Source: Chthoniobacteraceae bacterium | GTDB lineage: Bacteria; Verrucomicrobiota; Verrucomicrobiia; Chthoniobacterales; Chthoniobacteraceae | Length of the DNA: 64,000 bases | Assembly: GCA_049840595.1 (NCBI GenBank) | Contig: JASGKO010000023.1 | Span: forward strand, 100,911 to 164,910 | Direction of reading: 5' to 3' | Shown here: positions 20,565 through 30,501 of the stretch, in pieces | Position numbering within the stretch: the first letter of the stretch is position 1 | Layout: every line of letters begins with the position of its first letter | Made by a program: the position numbers and the translations under genes | The notes under the pieces: generated by a model | Seen by the model: the letters and a program-made list of their open reading frames with translations, nothing else | What the model was told of the DNA's origin: nothing | Database searches by the model: none

Positions 20565-20618
20565 AAGCTGCGCGGTTGGACGGCGAAGAAAGGTCAGCAG
20601 GGCGACGATGATGTGTAA
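20565..20618 (+). repeat. Degenerate third copy of the last ~17 codons of prfB ([17 protein letters not shown] then TAA), without the hairpins
   Basis: About 90% identity to 20007-20061 (aagctgcgcgg.tggacggcgaagaa.gg.cagcag.gcgacga.ga.gtgta.). Confidence 0.6.
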
Positions 20619-20756
20619 GAAGCGGTGAAAGCCATTCCTCGCAAAGGTAATCCGAAGGTTACGCAGCTTTTAAAAGCAGGGAGGAAATCATCCTTTTATT
20701 CGCCCTGCTTTTGATTGTCTCCATCGGGGCATTTTTTGCGACCTGACTCCTATAGT

Positions 20757-21494
20757 TTACTTCTGCAACGCAGCTTCTGCCGCGAAGTGGCCAGCAAGCT
20801 GGGTTACAAATGTTTTCAGGCTCGTCAGCTCTGAAAACTCTACATATTTGCCTGTCCTGGCCGTTGATCTTGGCGAAGTAATGAAGGCCGCCGAGGTATA
20901 GAGGTTTTCCTTTACCAGCTTCTGACAAAGAAGGTTATAACGGTCGGCATAGGAACAGTCGGAGAATTCTTTGAAAACTGGGAAATGGGGAGATCGATCT
21001 TTGACTGGAGTTCGCGAGGCCGGACAATCTTCGATGAGCATGAGCCAGCCAAGGAATGGCTTGGTATGGTTGCCGAGCGCACCTTCGCGGAAGGCCGTCA
21101 ACAGATCTACGGCAGAGCCAATCGCCTCCTCCGTGCGGTTGTTGAAGTTGTTACCAAAGCTGCCGACCTGGCTCTTCATTTCAATAACAGCCACCAATCG
21201 CCCGTTATTCATCACGACCATGTCCCACTGCTTGGTTGGGCGAAAATAGCCGGGAAGGGTCACGACACCCTTGTTAAGACAAATCTGAGCATGCGTAAGG
21301 CCATTAGCTTTAACCAGATCGCCGATCAAAACGAGGAACCCGTCCATGTTTTTACCCGCAGTCACCGCGCCCCGACTCCCGGCATCCAGTTTACCAGCCT
21401 GCTCCTGCTTCTTGAGGGCAGCGGCGCGGTTCCCCCAAAATGCTTGCACTGCTTCGGTGGCTTTTACCTCGTAGTTGGCTAAATCGAGTGGCAT
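20757..21494 (-). CDS. Putative type II restriction endonuclease (PD-(D/E)xK fold; size and pairing resemble the XhoI/PaeR7I family)
   Basis: 245 aa. Candidate catalytic motif D(91)...VIEMK. Immediately downstream of, and co-oriented with, an N6-adenine MTase (5-bp gap). Low-GC island. Confidence 0.55.
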   Translation of the reverse strand: MPLDLANYEVKATEAVQAFWGNRAAALKKQEQAGKLDAGSRGAVTAGKNMDGFLVLIGDLVKANGLTHAQICLNKGVVTLPGYFRPTKQWDMVVMNNGRLVAVIEMKSQVGSFGNNFNNRTEEAIGSAVDLLTAFREGALGNHTKPFLGWLMLIEDCPASRTPVKDRSPHFPVFKEFSDCSYADRYNLLCQKLVKENLYTSAAFITSPRSTARTGKYVEFSELTSLKTFVTQLAGHFAAEAALQK

Positions 21495-21498
21495 ACTT

Positions 21499-23169
21499 TT
21501 AGTGTCCTAACCAAATACGCTCCTCCGAAGTGAGCCGGTAGAGCTCGAAAACAGCTTCATTTGCCATCGACTGATCACCATTTCTACCTGCAGAAATGAG
21601 TTGCTCCTGAATTTTTAAGGGGACCGAATTCCAAAATGGAATTCTGATTCGGCGAAGATATTGCGCTTGGAACCTTAGAAATCCACCGGCCATCTGCACC
21701 GAATAGGTGGAGACAAAAAGCGCCGCAATCCCTGATCGCAGCACCGCCTGGAGGGCATGCAAATCCCATATATCGGATGTAATGAAATAAAGATTGTGGT
21801 GGGGATATAACTTGCCGGATTCATAAACCACATGTGCTTTCCCTTTGATGTCCGGAATGAGGAGCTTGGGTCGCCGAGTCAGTGAGGACGTGATTTTATC
21901 AATGGTCCGATACCAGCGTCGTTCGTCACGTTGGGCGCAATTTCTTCTGCGAAGAATCCCGGCATGCATTTCAAAATAAGCCTTCAATTTCGGATATTTG
22001 TCCAAGTCCACCAGTTGTCCATCCTCTGAAAATGGATTCACCACGCCTTTGCCGGTCCATTCAACATTATCCCCAATGATGTCTTTGGTGACAGCCAGCG
22101 GAAGTTTTCGATCCTCCTCGACGGGGAGTTCGTTGTAGTCACTGACGTAAACCTTGTCTGCGCCGGTCGCCACCCCGATTCCCACTTTGCAGCCAGCTTC
22201 TTCGAGAGTAGGCAATTCGGACTCCAGCCTTCGGACAATGGAAACCTGATCCAGCCCTTGTAAAATCCACGGTTCCTCATCATCCGCCACCTCATCTACT
22301 CGTTGAACCGATGGATGATTACTTCTCCCTTGAAGGGCGGGCACCAATTCCGAAAGTGCACGAGCCTCGACAACTGGTCGATGCGCAACATACGTCACCG
22401 ACTTGGGCTCTCGCTTGATGAGAGTGATTGCCGGGTAAGCCAACACGTCGGACAAAAACGCATCGGTATTAACCATGTCCACATAGGCCATGAGGTGAAA
22501 GCGCTCGGAAATCATCCGCCGGAGGGCCGAACCGTATTTGTTCTTCATCCACCGGTCCGCACAGATAAAACAAAGCACTCCCCCCGGTTCCAGCGAGTTC
22601 AACCCTTTTTCAATGAAAGGAACGTAGAGATCGGCACGATCATACATCGTGGAAAAGCGGTCTCGATATTCAGCCAATAACACAGGCGAAATCGACTCCT
22701 GTCGGACATAGGGCGGATTACCAACCACGTGAGTAAATGATCCGCCCAAGAACGTTAGTAGAAAATCTCCTTCAATCACCCATGCCAGCGCCAACTCCAG
22801 AGCGTCGGTTTCCGAGAAGCCATTTTCGACAAGGAGCGTTTTAACCTTTTCTCGCGTCTTTCCACAGGTTTCGGAATGCACTTCCACAGATCGAATTGCA
22901 TGTTTCAGATCATCCGTCACTTCGTTTACGCCATGCAAAGACGCAAGCAACCGCTCAACGGCGGGTAAGAGAAAGTCTCCCTCGCCAACACTCGGTTCCA
23001 GGAGTCTCAGCTTGGCCAAATCCTGATCGCTGGTGTAACCCGAGAGGTCCAGGATGAAATCAACCACTGCCCTTCGGGTGAAAATCGCGCCACGTGCTTC
23101 ATTGCCTGACCTCGAAAGCTCAGCCAAAGCCGCTTCCAAGGCAGGTGTGGAGCAAAGAAGATCAAGCAT
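21499..23169 (-). CDS. N6-adenine-specific DNA methyltransferase (gamma-class, TaqI/Eco57I-like) with a C-terminal target-recognition region
   Basis: Motif [17 protein letters not shown], motif [12 protein letters not shown], motif IV VVGNPPY, in the gamma-class order. Confidence 0.85.
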   Translation of the reverse strand: MLDLLCSTPALEAALAELSRSGNEARGAIFTRRAVVDFILDLSGYTSDQDLAKLRLLEPSVGEGDFLLPAVERLLASLHGVNEVTDDLKHAIRSVEVHSETCGKTREKVKTLLVENGFSETDALELALAWVIEGDFLLTFLGGSFTHVVGNPPYVRQESISPVLLAEYRDRFSTMYDRADLYVPFIEKGLNSLEPGGVLCFICADRWMKNKYGSALRRMISERFHLMAYVDMVNTDAFLSDVLAYPAITLIKREPKSVTYVAHRPVVEARALSELVPALQGRSNHPSVQRVDEVADDEEPWILQGLDQVSIVRRLESELPTLEEAGCKVGIGVATGADKVYVSDYNELPVEEDRKLPLAVTKDIIGDNVEWTGKGVVNPFSEDGQLVDLDKYPKLKAYFEMHAGILRRRNCAQRDERRWYRTIDKITSSLTRRPKLLIPDIKGKAHVVYESGKLYPHHNLYFITSDIWDLHALQAVLRSGIAALFVSTYSVQMAGGFLRFQAQYLRRIRIPFWNSVPLKIQEQLISAGRNGDQSMANEAVFELYRLTSEERIWLGH

Positions 23170-23315
23170 GTGGAGCAGCTCAATTCTGTTCCGATAGCTC
23201 GGAAAAGCAAGCCTGGCATCGGGAGAAAAAAACGCGACCGCATGGAAGGGAAATACCGGTGGGGAATGCGATGCGATTTTGCAGGAAAAGGCGACGCTTT
23301 TTATATGGCACCAGA

Positions 23316-23515
23316 GTGAAGGACCACCGCATCGGCGTCGAGACGAGCAACGTGCAGGCCGTGATGGACGGCGACATCGACGAGTTTATCGAAGGCAAGC
23401 TGCGTGGGTGGACGGCGAAGAAGGGGCCGCAGAGCGACGACGACGTGCAGGCGCGGGGACGAGGCTGGAGCCTCGCGGACCACGGCGTTACCAGGCTGGA
23501 GCCTGGTAACGAGGG
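23316..23515 (+). repeat. Diverged duplicate of the last ~44 codons of prfB ([44 protein letters not shown]; stop mutated to CAG) plus the dual TGGA-loop hairpin module
   Basis: About 90% nt identity to 19925-20125, with mostly synonymous third-position differences. Confidence 0.8.
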
Positions 23516-23533
23516 AGGGAACGAATGCTGTTA

Positions 23534-24025
23534 CTAGTGGACAGCTTGAGATGGCGGGCTGCCAGCCGCTGCCGCCGGGACCGCAGTAACATTGAAAAGG
23601 GCACCATCCTTTAGCCCGAGAATCATCGTGATGCTACTCGGACCGGAAGTTTTAAATGAGAGGGATGAGGACGGTTTGAAATGGATCACGAGTTCGATGA
23701 CGGGCGGCAGGTTCGGCACGTAGGCGACACCTTTGAGCGTGTAGCCCTTGGCTGCGGTGGCTTCAACTGGTGCAAATTCTGCATTGGAATACTCGCCCTT
23801 GAGCATTTCCGGGATCGCATATTTCTCCAGATTGTTTCGCACCCTTGGGGCCGTGCCGTCGAGGCAATAAAGCTTCTCGATGGCAGCGGCATCCTTTGCC
23901 TTAAAAGCCGACTCTACCTGGGCCAGAAATGCCGCCTGCTGCGGGCCGGTCGGTTCCAGCGAAGGATTGGTGGCCAGTCCAAAATCGCCACTAAGCAGGA
24001 GGAGAAAGAGGGGAAAATATTTCAT
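23534..24025 (-). CDS. Small hypothetical secreted protein (signal peptide MKYFPLFLLLLSGDFGLA)
   Basis: 163-aa ORF from ATG 24025. The ORF track extends further upstream, antisense into repeat C. Sits between repeat copies B and C. Confidence 0.5.
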   Translation of the reverse strand: MKYFPLFLLLLSGDFGLATNPSLEPTGPQQAAFLAQVESAFKAKDAAAIEKLYCLDGTAPRVRNNLEKYAIPEMLKGEYSNAEFAPVEATAAKGYTLKGVAYVPNLPPVIELVIHFKPSSSLSFKTSGPSSITMILGLKDGALFNVTAVPAAAAGSPPSQAVH

Positions 24026-24140
24026 CGATTTTTGTGAAAAAGGAAACCGCACTCGCCAAGGCAAACCAGCCAGCATCTCGTGCAAAGAAATAACGCCATG
24101 TAAACAGGGAGTAAAGCGCCAAGAATCGGCTCCCGCGCGG

Positions 24141-24230
24141 CAACAGAGCGACGACGACGTGTAGGCGCGGGGACGAGGCTGGAGCCTCGCGGACCGTGGC
24201 GTTACCAGGCTGGAGCCTGGTAACGAGGGG
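24141..24230 (+). repeat. Fourth copy of the prfB terminus (QSDDDV, TAG) plus dual hairpin module
   Basis: Near-identical to 20041-20127. Confidence 0.8.
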
Positions 24231-24292
24231 GGTGCTCTTCGCATCGCTATTCGAGTTGGAACTATTGAACGTGGCCTGCTAGAGAGGAAGGC

Positions 24293-24694
24293 ATGCGGTA
24301 TTACTTACTGGTGATGGGGCTGGGCATGATTGGCATGGCGATTTGGCTGGGGTGGCAGTCGCTGACCTTCATTCGGCGGACGCGCAAGACCGATGGGGTT
24401 CTGACCGGGTGGAATGAGACGCCGAAATTCAACCAACCGGGTATCGTTTACTATTATGCGGTGGTCTCGTATGAGGCTTTCGATGGCACGCAGCATCAGG
24501 TGACCAGCGAGATCGGCTGTCATCCGAAGCCGAAGGTGGAAATCGGCCATCGATATCCGGTGCGTTACAACCTGAGGAATCCCGAGGAGGCCCGCCTCGA
24601 TACGCTGGCGAACCTCTGGGCTCCGGCCGCGGGGTTTTTCGTTTTGGGCAGCGGGGTGATCCTGGCCTTTCTGCATCCTTCGCATCATCATTGA
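24293..24694 (+). CDS. DUF3592-like small membrane protein (TM, beta domain, TM)
   Basis: Two hydrophobic helices flanking a soluble segment; typical size for this family. Confidence 0.5.
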   Translation: MRYYLLVMGLGMIGMAIWLGWQSLTFIRRTRKTDGVLTGWNETPKFNQPGIVYYYAVVSYEAFDGTQHQVTSEIGCHPKPKVEIGHRYPVRYNLRNPEEARLDTLANLWAPAAGFFVLGSGVILAFLHPSHHH

Positions 24695-24748
24695 AATCGA
24701 TGAGGCCCGTTTAACAACGTTGCCTTTTTCGGTTTTTCCGCGCAAATC

Positions 24749-26439
24749 GTGGGCGTGGAAGTAACGCAGTCGATTTCGCCCCCAACCAGCTCGCTTTTTT
24801 CCCGGCGGGCTGTTCGCATTCTGTTGATTGTGCTCGTGGGGCTGGCGGCGCAGGGGCATTGCCTGTGGTCCACCTTTTATCTCGACGATACGTGGCAGGT
24901 GGAGAACTCGGAGGCGGTGGAGGGCGGGCAGTGGTGGGCTGATCTGGTCAATTTGCTGCCGAATGCGAGCTACTACTTTACGTGGAAGTTTTTTGGATTT
25001 TCGGCGCCGATTTTTCATCTGGAGAATTTGCTGCTGCACTTGCTGGTGGCGCTGTCGGTGTATGGCTGGCGCGCTATTTCATGGCGCTGGGGAGCGGGGA
25101 GGAATCGGAGCGGTGGGAGAACGCGGCGTGGCTGGCGGCGCTGATTTTCGCAGTGCATCCGCTGACGACGGAGATGACCAACTATGTGCGGGCGCGGGAT
25201 CATGGGCTGGTGACGCTCTTTTCGCTACTGGCGGGGGGCTGCACGCTGCTGGCCCTGCAACGGCGCTGGCTGTGGGCGCTGGCGGCGCTGCTGGCCGTAG
25301 TGCTGGCGACGATCTCGAAGGGGCCGGGGCTGCCGCAGGCGCTCTGCAACTGCCTCGCGGTGGTGGGGGCGTATTGCTGGCTGCGCGGGTGGAAGGGCCT
25401 GCGGATTTCGTGGCCGGTGGGGCTGGCCGTGGGAGCGGCTGCGGGGCTGGTCTTCGCGGTGGCGTTCGGGCACATCCGGTATCTTTGGACCGTGCTGGCG
25501 GGGCAATTCGCGAATCCGCAATTTGGGTTGCATGCGCTCACGCAGTGCCGGGTGTTTCCGCAATACCTGCTGCGGATGGTGTGGCCGGTCGATCTGTGCT
25601 CGGATCACCTGGTGGCGTGGACGAAGGATTACGCCGATCCCACGGCGTGGGTCTATGTGGCGGGGGTGGTGGCGGTGCTGGGCGTGCTGGCTTTTCTCGG
25701 CCTGCGCAAGCGGCAGCCGTGGGCCCTGCTGCTGGGGCTGGCGCTGGCGCCGCTGCTGATGCGCTGGCTGTACCTGGTGAGCGAGTTGATGGTGGAATAT
25801 CGCACTTATCCCTGCCTGCCCTTCGTGGCGATGCTGATGGCGGTGGCGGTGCAGCGCTGGCTTCGCAAACAGCCCCGGGTGGCATGGGGCGTGGCCGGGA
25901 CGGTGCTGGTTTTCTTTTCGGCCCTCACTTTCCAGCGCAGCCTCGACTGGCGCAGCACGGATGCGCTTTGCACGCAGATCAGCACCCTTTATCCGCTGCA
26001 TTTGCGCGAGATGAATGAACGCTCGACGTGGGATCTCGATGCGGGACGCTACGAGGCGATTCTGGACCGGTATCCGGGATTTCTGGCCACGCTGAACAAG
26101 GTGATGGATTACAACCGCTCGACGCCGCATCGCTATTACGACAACTGGCCGCTGTGCGTGGTGAATGAGGAGTGCATGGTCTCCGAGGCGATGGCGCACG
26201 TGAAATCGAAGTGGGATGGGCAGGCGCATCTGGACCTGACCGCCTGGCGAATGCTGCAAAATCACATCTATCACCCCGGGCTGTGGGCGCAGTGGCATTA
26301 CTCGGCGGGGAACATTGCGCTGCTGGAGGGGGATGAAAAAAGCGCGCTCCAGCATTACTTGAATGCGCGGGCTTACATCGCGACGCCGCTGCTGGTGGAC
26401 CGGCAGATTGCGAAGATCGTGCCGGGGTATGGGCGATAG
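24749..26439 (+). CDS. TMTC/PMT-like (DUF1736-type) polytopic membrane protein with a C-terminal soluble region; frameshifted near 25070-25100
   Basis: GTG start. N-terminal region YYFTWKFFGFSAPIFHLENLLLHLLVALSVYGW is typical of DUF1736/TMTC. It continues in another frame (ORF 24982-26439) with AAWLAALIFAVHPLTTE. Confidence 0.6.
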
Positions 26440-26583
26440 AGCAGAAAGAAAAATTAACCACGAAGCACACGAAGATCACGAAGGGGGGAGAAAGGGGGCC
26501 GGGGGAAATAAGGGTGGTGGATTTAGCCTGGCGCACGTTTTCACCTCGGACGGGCACACAGTCGTCACGTTACTGCCCCAGGA

Positions 26584-27030
26584 ATGTTACTTGTCCGGGT
26601 GGGTTCCTACGCGAATTTGGGGTTGATGAATCCTAGCCCCAACCGCACTGAAGTATCGCGGCCATCATGGTTGGGGCGCATCGTGCAACTGGATCTCGCG
26701 GATTCGCACAAGCGGCTCCAATTCCGGCTCGGGAAGTGGTTTCAGTGGAGCATCAGCTTGAGCGAGGAACGCGGTGCGGCGGGCGGGAGCATCAAGTTTT
26801 CCACGCCATTCCGCTCTCCCCTGCTCTCCGGCCTGCTTTGTGTGGGGCTGGCTTTTGCGATGGGACACGTGAGCCAGTTCATCACGCCGGTGATTTTTCT
26901 ATGCTTTGCGGTGCATCATTTTCGGCGGTGGTGGAAATCGTGGTTTCGGCGAAAGGAGATGGCGATGGGAGCGGATTTTTTGCGACAGGATGGACGGGAG
27001 GAACGGGAGGTCCTGGCGGTAAGTCGGTGA
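26584..27030 (+). CDS. Hypothetical small membrane protein
   Basis: ORF only; one or two hydrophobic segments; no recognisable motifs. Confidence 0.3.
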   Translation: MLLVRVGSYANLGLMNPSPNRTEVSRPSWLGRIVQLDLADSHKRLQFRLGKWFQWSISLSEERGAAGGSIKFSTPFRSPLLSGLLCVGLAFAMGHVSQFITPVIFLCFAVHHFRRWWKSWFRRKEMAMGADFLRQDGREEREVLAVSR

Positions 27031-27112
27031 GGTGAGGAACGGTTTGGAATGGCGGCGTCAGGCCGCCGCATTCCAAGGGCTTTCCCGCGAAAGATGGCGT
27101 GGATTTCACCCC

Positions 27113-27751
27113 TTACTTCACGGGACGGCGGAAGAGGAAGAGGTAGCTGTTAAACACGGTGTTGCCCCAAAGCGGACGCACTTCGACCTCGAAGCCGGCA
27201 GCCTTGAAGGGGGCGGTGATTTCCTCGATGCGCAGATAGTGTTTCGTCGAGAATTTCATCCAGCGGATTTTGGCGATGAACCACTCCTCCAGCTTGGTCA
27301 TGCGGAAGCGCCAGTTGTCCACGTAAGGCGTGGCGCGGATGAGGCAGAGGCCGCCGGGGGCGACCATTTGCGCGGCCTGCTGCAGCAGGGCCTGTTGCTG
27401 CTCCACTTCGAGGTAGTGCAGGACATCGATGATGGTGACGTTGCCGGAAAACGCACGCGGGATGCTGGCGTCGCCCTGCTCGAAGACGAGGTGATCGTAC
27501 AGGGCGCCCACTTTTTGCGCGGTGTCGATTTTCCGGGAGTCGAAATCAAGGCCGGTGATGGGGGGCCGGAAACCGTGCTCGCGCAGGTAATAGGCGAGCA
27601 GGCCCACGCCGCAGCCGAGATCGATCAACGGCTGATCGGTGTCGCGCAGAATTTCCCAGGCCGCCGCGAAGACGGGATCGCCCTTCAGCTTTCCCTTCAC
27701 GTAGCCCTGCATGAAGCGGCCTTTGAAATGAGAAGCAATGCGCTCGATCAC
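27113..27751 (-). CDS. Class I SAM-dependent methyltransferase
   Basis: SAM-binding motif I LIDLGCGVGLLA and the downstream acidic-loop pattern. Last gene of the 7-gene operon. Confidence 0.8.
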   Translation of the reverse strand: MIERIASHFKGRFMQGYVKGKLKGDPVFAAAWEILRDTDQPLIDLGCGVGLLAYYLREHGFRPPITGLDFDSRKIDTAQKVGALYDHLVFEQGDASIPRAFSGNVTIIDVLHYLEVEQQQALLQQAAQMVAPGGLCLIRATPYVDNWRFRMTKLEEWFIAKIRWMKFSTKHYLRIEEITAPFKAAGFEVEVRPLWGNTVFNSYLFLFRRPVK

Positions 27752-29049
27752 CGGATGGCAAAGTCAGCCGGGCGATGCCCGCGGATTCCGTATTTTCCCA
27801 GCATCCCGAGCAGCCACTTGCTGTAGGGACGGTTGATATAGGCGCCGGTCGCCATACCGCTGAGGTTTTTTTCCATATGCGCCTGCATCAGGTCGCTGAT
27901 CTTGCCGGGATACTTTGCGGAAATATCCAGGCCGGTGCGCTGGATGGCGAAGATGCGGCCGTCGTAAAAATAATCGATGAGATTCTGCCAGGCGGCGAGC
28001 ATGCCGCGGAGCCAGCGCCAGTAGGCATCGAACTCCCTGGGCAATCCCGGATGGGCGCCACCGCGGGCCGGGATGATTTCCGAGAGCCGTTCGGCGCTGA
28101 CCATGGCCATGCAGAGGCCCGGGGAAAGCATGGGGTCCACGAAACCGAAGGCATCGCCGACCATGGTCCAGTTCTCACCCGAGCCGTAGTCGGAGATGAG
28201 CTGGTAGTTGGCGAAGGTGGCGATGTCGGTGACGCGGCGGCGCTGGCCGCAATCGCTGGCGATGCGGGGCTCGTTGTCGATGATCGCTTCGAGCTGTTCC
28301 TCGGGCGTGCTGCCGAAGCGCCTGGCGTCGTCCTTGTTGATCACGACACCGATGGAGAGACGGCCCGGCAGCGGGATGCGCCAGGCCCAGCCGTACTGCA
28401 GGCGAATGGTCATGACGTGACCGCGCGGCTCGGGCCACGGGGCGTTTTCGTAGTGGGCGAAGTGGGAGATGTCCTTGCGCCGGCCCACCTTGGAACCGAT
28501 GCCGAGGAGTTTGGCGAACAAGCGGCGGCGACCGCTGGCGTCGATGACCAGATCGGGCTCGGAATCCCACTCGGGCACGAGGGCGAGCGACTCGGGGGCG
28601 AGCTTCACGCGCGACTTTTGTTTCGCCCCGGCATTGACCGCCTCCAGCCTGGCGGCGCTTTGAAGGTAGCGCACCCCGGAGTCGATCGCGGTCTTCAGGA
28701 TCAAAGCGTCAAATTCCTGGCGTGGCACGTTGTAAGCGTAAGGCGGGAGCAGCCCGCGGGTGGCGGTGAAGAAAAGCCGGATGTCCTGCTTTTCGTCGAA
28801 GGTGAAATTAACGCCGGGCTTGAGGACACCGATTTTTGCGACCTCTTCCTCGATGCCGAGGCGCTGAAAAATCGGCACCATGAGCGGAACGAGCGATTCC
28901 CCGACGATGAGGGGCGGGCGGGCTCCATCGTCGAACATGGCGACGGACGCGCCCTTGCGCGCGAGCAGCGCGGCGAGCGTGGCCCCAGACGGGCCGGAGC
29001 CGATGATGGCGACGCGGGTGGGGCGTTGGGATGAGGCAAGGTTGACCAT
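27748..29049 (-). CDS. Flavin-dependent halogenase (tryptophan-halogenase family)
   Basis: N-terminal GxGxxG (VAIIGSGPSGA) and the family-diagnostic WxWxIP motif (GWAWRIPLP). 4-nt overlap with the downstream MTase. Confidence 0.8.
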   Translation of the reverse strand: MVNLASSQRPTRVAIIGSGPSGATLAALLARKGASVAMFDDGARPPLIVGESLVPLMVPIFQRLGIEEEVAKIGVLKPGVNFTFDEKQDIRLFFTATRGLLPPYAYNVPRQEFDALILKTAIDSGVRYLQSAARLEAVNAGAKQKSRVKLAPESLALVPEWDSEPDLVIDASGRRRLFAKLLGIGSKVGRRKDISHFAHYENAPWPEPRGHVMTIRLQYGWAWRIPLPGRLSIGVVINKDDARRFGSTPEEQLEAIIDNEPRIASDCGQRRRVTDIATFANYQLISDYGSGENWTMVGDAFGFVDPMLSPGLCMAMVSAERLSEIIPARGGAHPGLPREFDAYWRWLRGMLAAWQNLIDYFYDGRIFAIQRTGLDISAKYPGKISDLMQAHMEKNLSGMATGAYINRPYSKWLLGMLGKYGIRGHRPADFAIR

Positions 29050-29064
29050 GGCGAGGTCTCAGTT

Positions 29065-30501
29065 TCAGCGTTGAATTTTCCCGCTCGGCGTTTTGGGCAG
29101 GGCGGCGACGAAGGTGTATTTAAGCGGGAGTTTGTAGCTCGAAAGGCGCGCCCGGCACCAGCCGATGAGCTCGGAAATTTTGGGCGGGGTGGCAGGATCG
29201 GCCACGACGATTTCGGCGACGGGCACGCTGCCAAAGGCGGGATGCGGGATGGCGATGACGCGCGATTCCTGCACGGCGGGGTGTTCGTTCAAAGTGGCCT
29301 CGACTTCCTCGGGAAAACATTTCATGCCGCCGACGTTGATCACGGAGTGCGTGCGCCCGGTGAGGTAGAGGGCGCCCTCGGCATCGCGCCGGGCCTGATC
29401 GCCGGTGCGGAACCAGCCATTTTCCAGGATCTCCGCGCGCGGCAGCCAGGGCGAGAGATAGGCATCGACGAAACCGGGACCGCGCAGGAAAAGCTCGCCC
29501 GCGATTCCGGTGGAGACCTCCGCGCCGTGTTCGTCGCGGATCGAGATTTCGTAGCCTGCCTGCGGACGTCCGACGGAATCGGGTTTCTCGACCGGCCATT
29601 GATCGTTTAACAACGGGAGGCCGCACTCGATGATGCCCATCGCCTGATGCAGCGGCAGACCGAAGCGCTCGACGAACTTTTGCCCGGTCGCCACGGGGAG
29701 GGCGGCGGCGGTGGAAACGGCGAGGCGCAGGGACGGAACCGGCTTGGCCGGCTCGTGACCGGCGAGCAGCGCGTAGTGAAACGGCGAGGCGTAGAGGGCG
29801 GTGCCCTGGTGCTTTTCCAAAGCGCGGAAGACGTCTTCGCCGAGATGCGACTCCTCGATCACGGTGGTCGCACCGTGCAGGAGATAGAGCACGATGGAGA
29901 CGGCGAAGTGATGGGCCATGGGCAGCACCCAGATAATTCGATCCCCGGGGCCGAAACGAAGGTGGCTGTTGCTGGCGGTGACGCGGGCGAGGAGTGTCTC
30001 GTGGGAGAGCACGACGCCCTTGCGCTTGCCGGTGGTGCCGGAGCTGAAGCGGATGAGCGCGGGATTCACTGCCGCGAGTGCGTCCTCGGAAAAATCGACG
30101 GCCCCCTCGCGCAGCCCGGTCAGGAGCGTGGCCTCGCCGAGACCGGCGGCGTGCAGCGGGCGGGAATTGGGAGCAGGCCGGTGCCACTCCCTGCCATCGG
30201 CGCAAAGGACGGCATCGAGGCCGGTGGTGCGGAGCTGCGCCTCGCGCTCGGGGTGGCTCAACTCCGGGGCGACGGGCACCAATACGCCGCCGCACTTGAG
30301 CACGGCGAGAGACCAGACGATGTGGGCGATGCCATTCGGACAATGGAGACCGATCCGCTGGCGGCCCGCCTCCCCCAGGGCACTCGCCGCCGCGAGCATT
30401 TGCGCCTCGACGTCGCCAAAAGTCAACGAACGCTCCCCGGCAATGATGGCCACCGCCGAGCGATCGGCGCGCGCAAAGATTTCATCAACGACATTCATCA
30501 T
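29065..30501 (-). CDS. Acyl-AMP/acyl-CoA ligase (ANL adenylating enzyme)
   Basis: AMP-binding core FSSGTTGKRKGV, YASPFHY, TGDQARRDAEGALYLTGR, LPKTPSGKIQR. Confidence 0.85.
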   Translation of the reverse strand: MMNVVDEIFARADRSAVAIIAGERSLTFGDVEAQMLAAASALGEAGRQRIGLHCPNGIAHIVWSLAVLKCGGVLVPVAPELSHPEREAQLRTTGLDAVLCADGREWHRPAPNSRPLHAAGLGEATLLTGLREGAVDFSEDALAAVNPALIRFSSGTTGKRKGVVLSHETLLARVTASNSHLRFGPGDRIIWVLPMAHHFAVSIVLYLLHGATTVIEESHLGEDVFRALEKHQGTALYASPFHYALLAGHEPAKPVPSLRLAVSTAAALPVATGQKFVERFGLPLHQAMGIIECGLPLLNDQWPVEKPDSVGRPQAGYEISIRDEHGAEVSTGIAGELFLRGPGFVDAYLSPWLPRAEILENGWFRTGDQARRDAEGALYLTGRTHSVINVGGMKCFPEEVEATLNEHPAVQESRVIAIPHPAFGSVPVAEIVVADPATPPKISELIGWCRARLSSYKLPLKYTFVAALPKTPSGKIQR

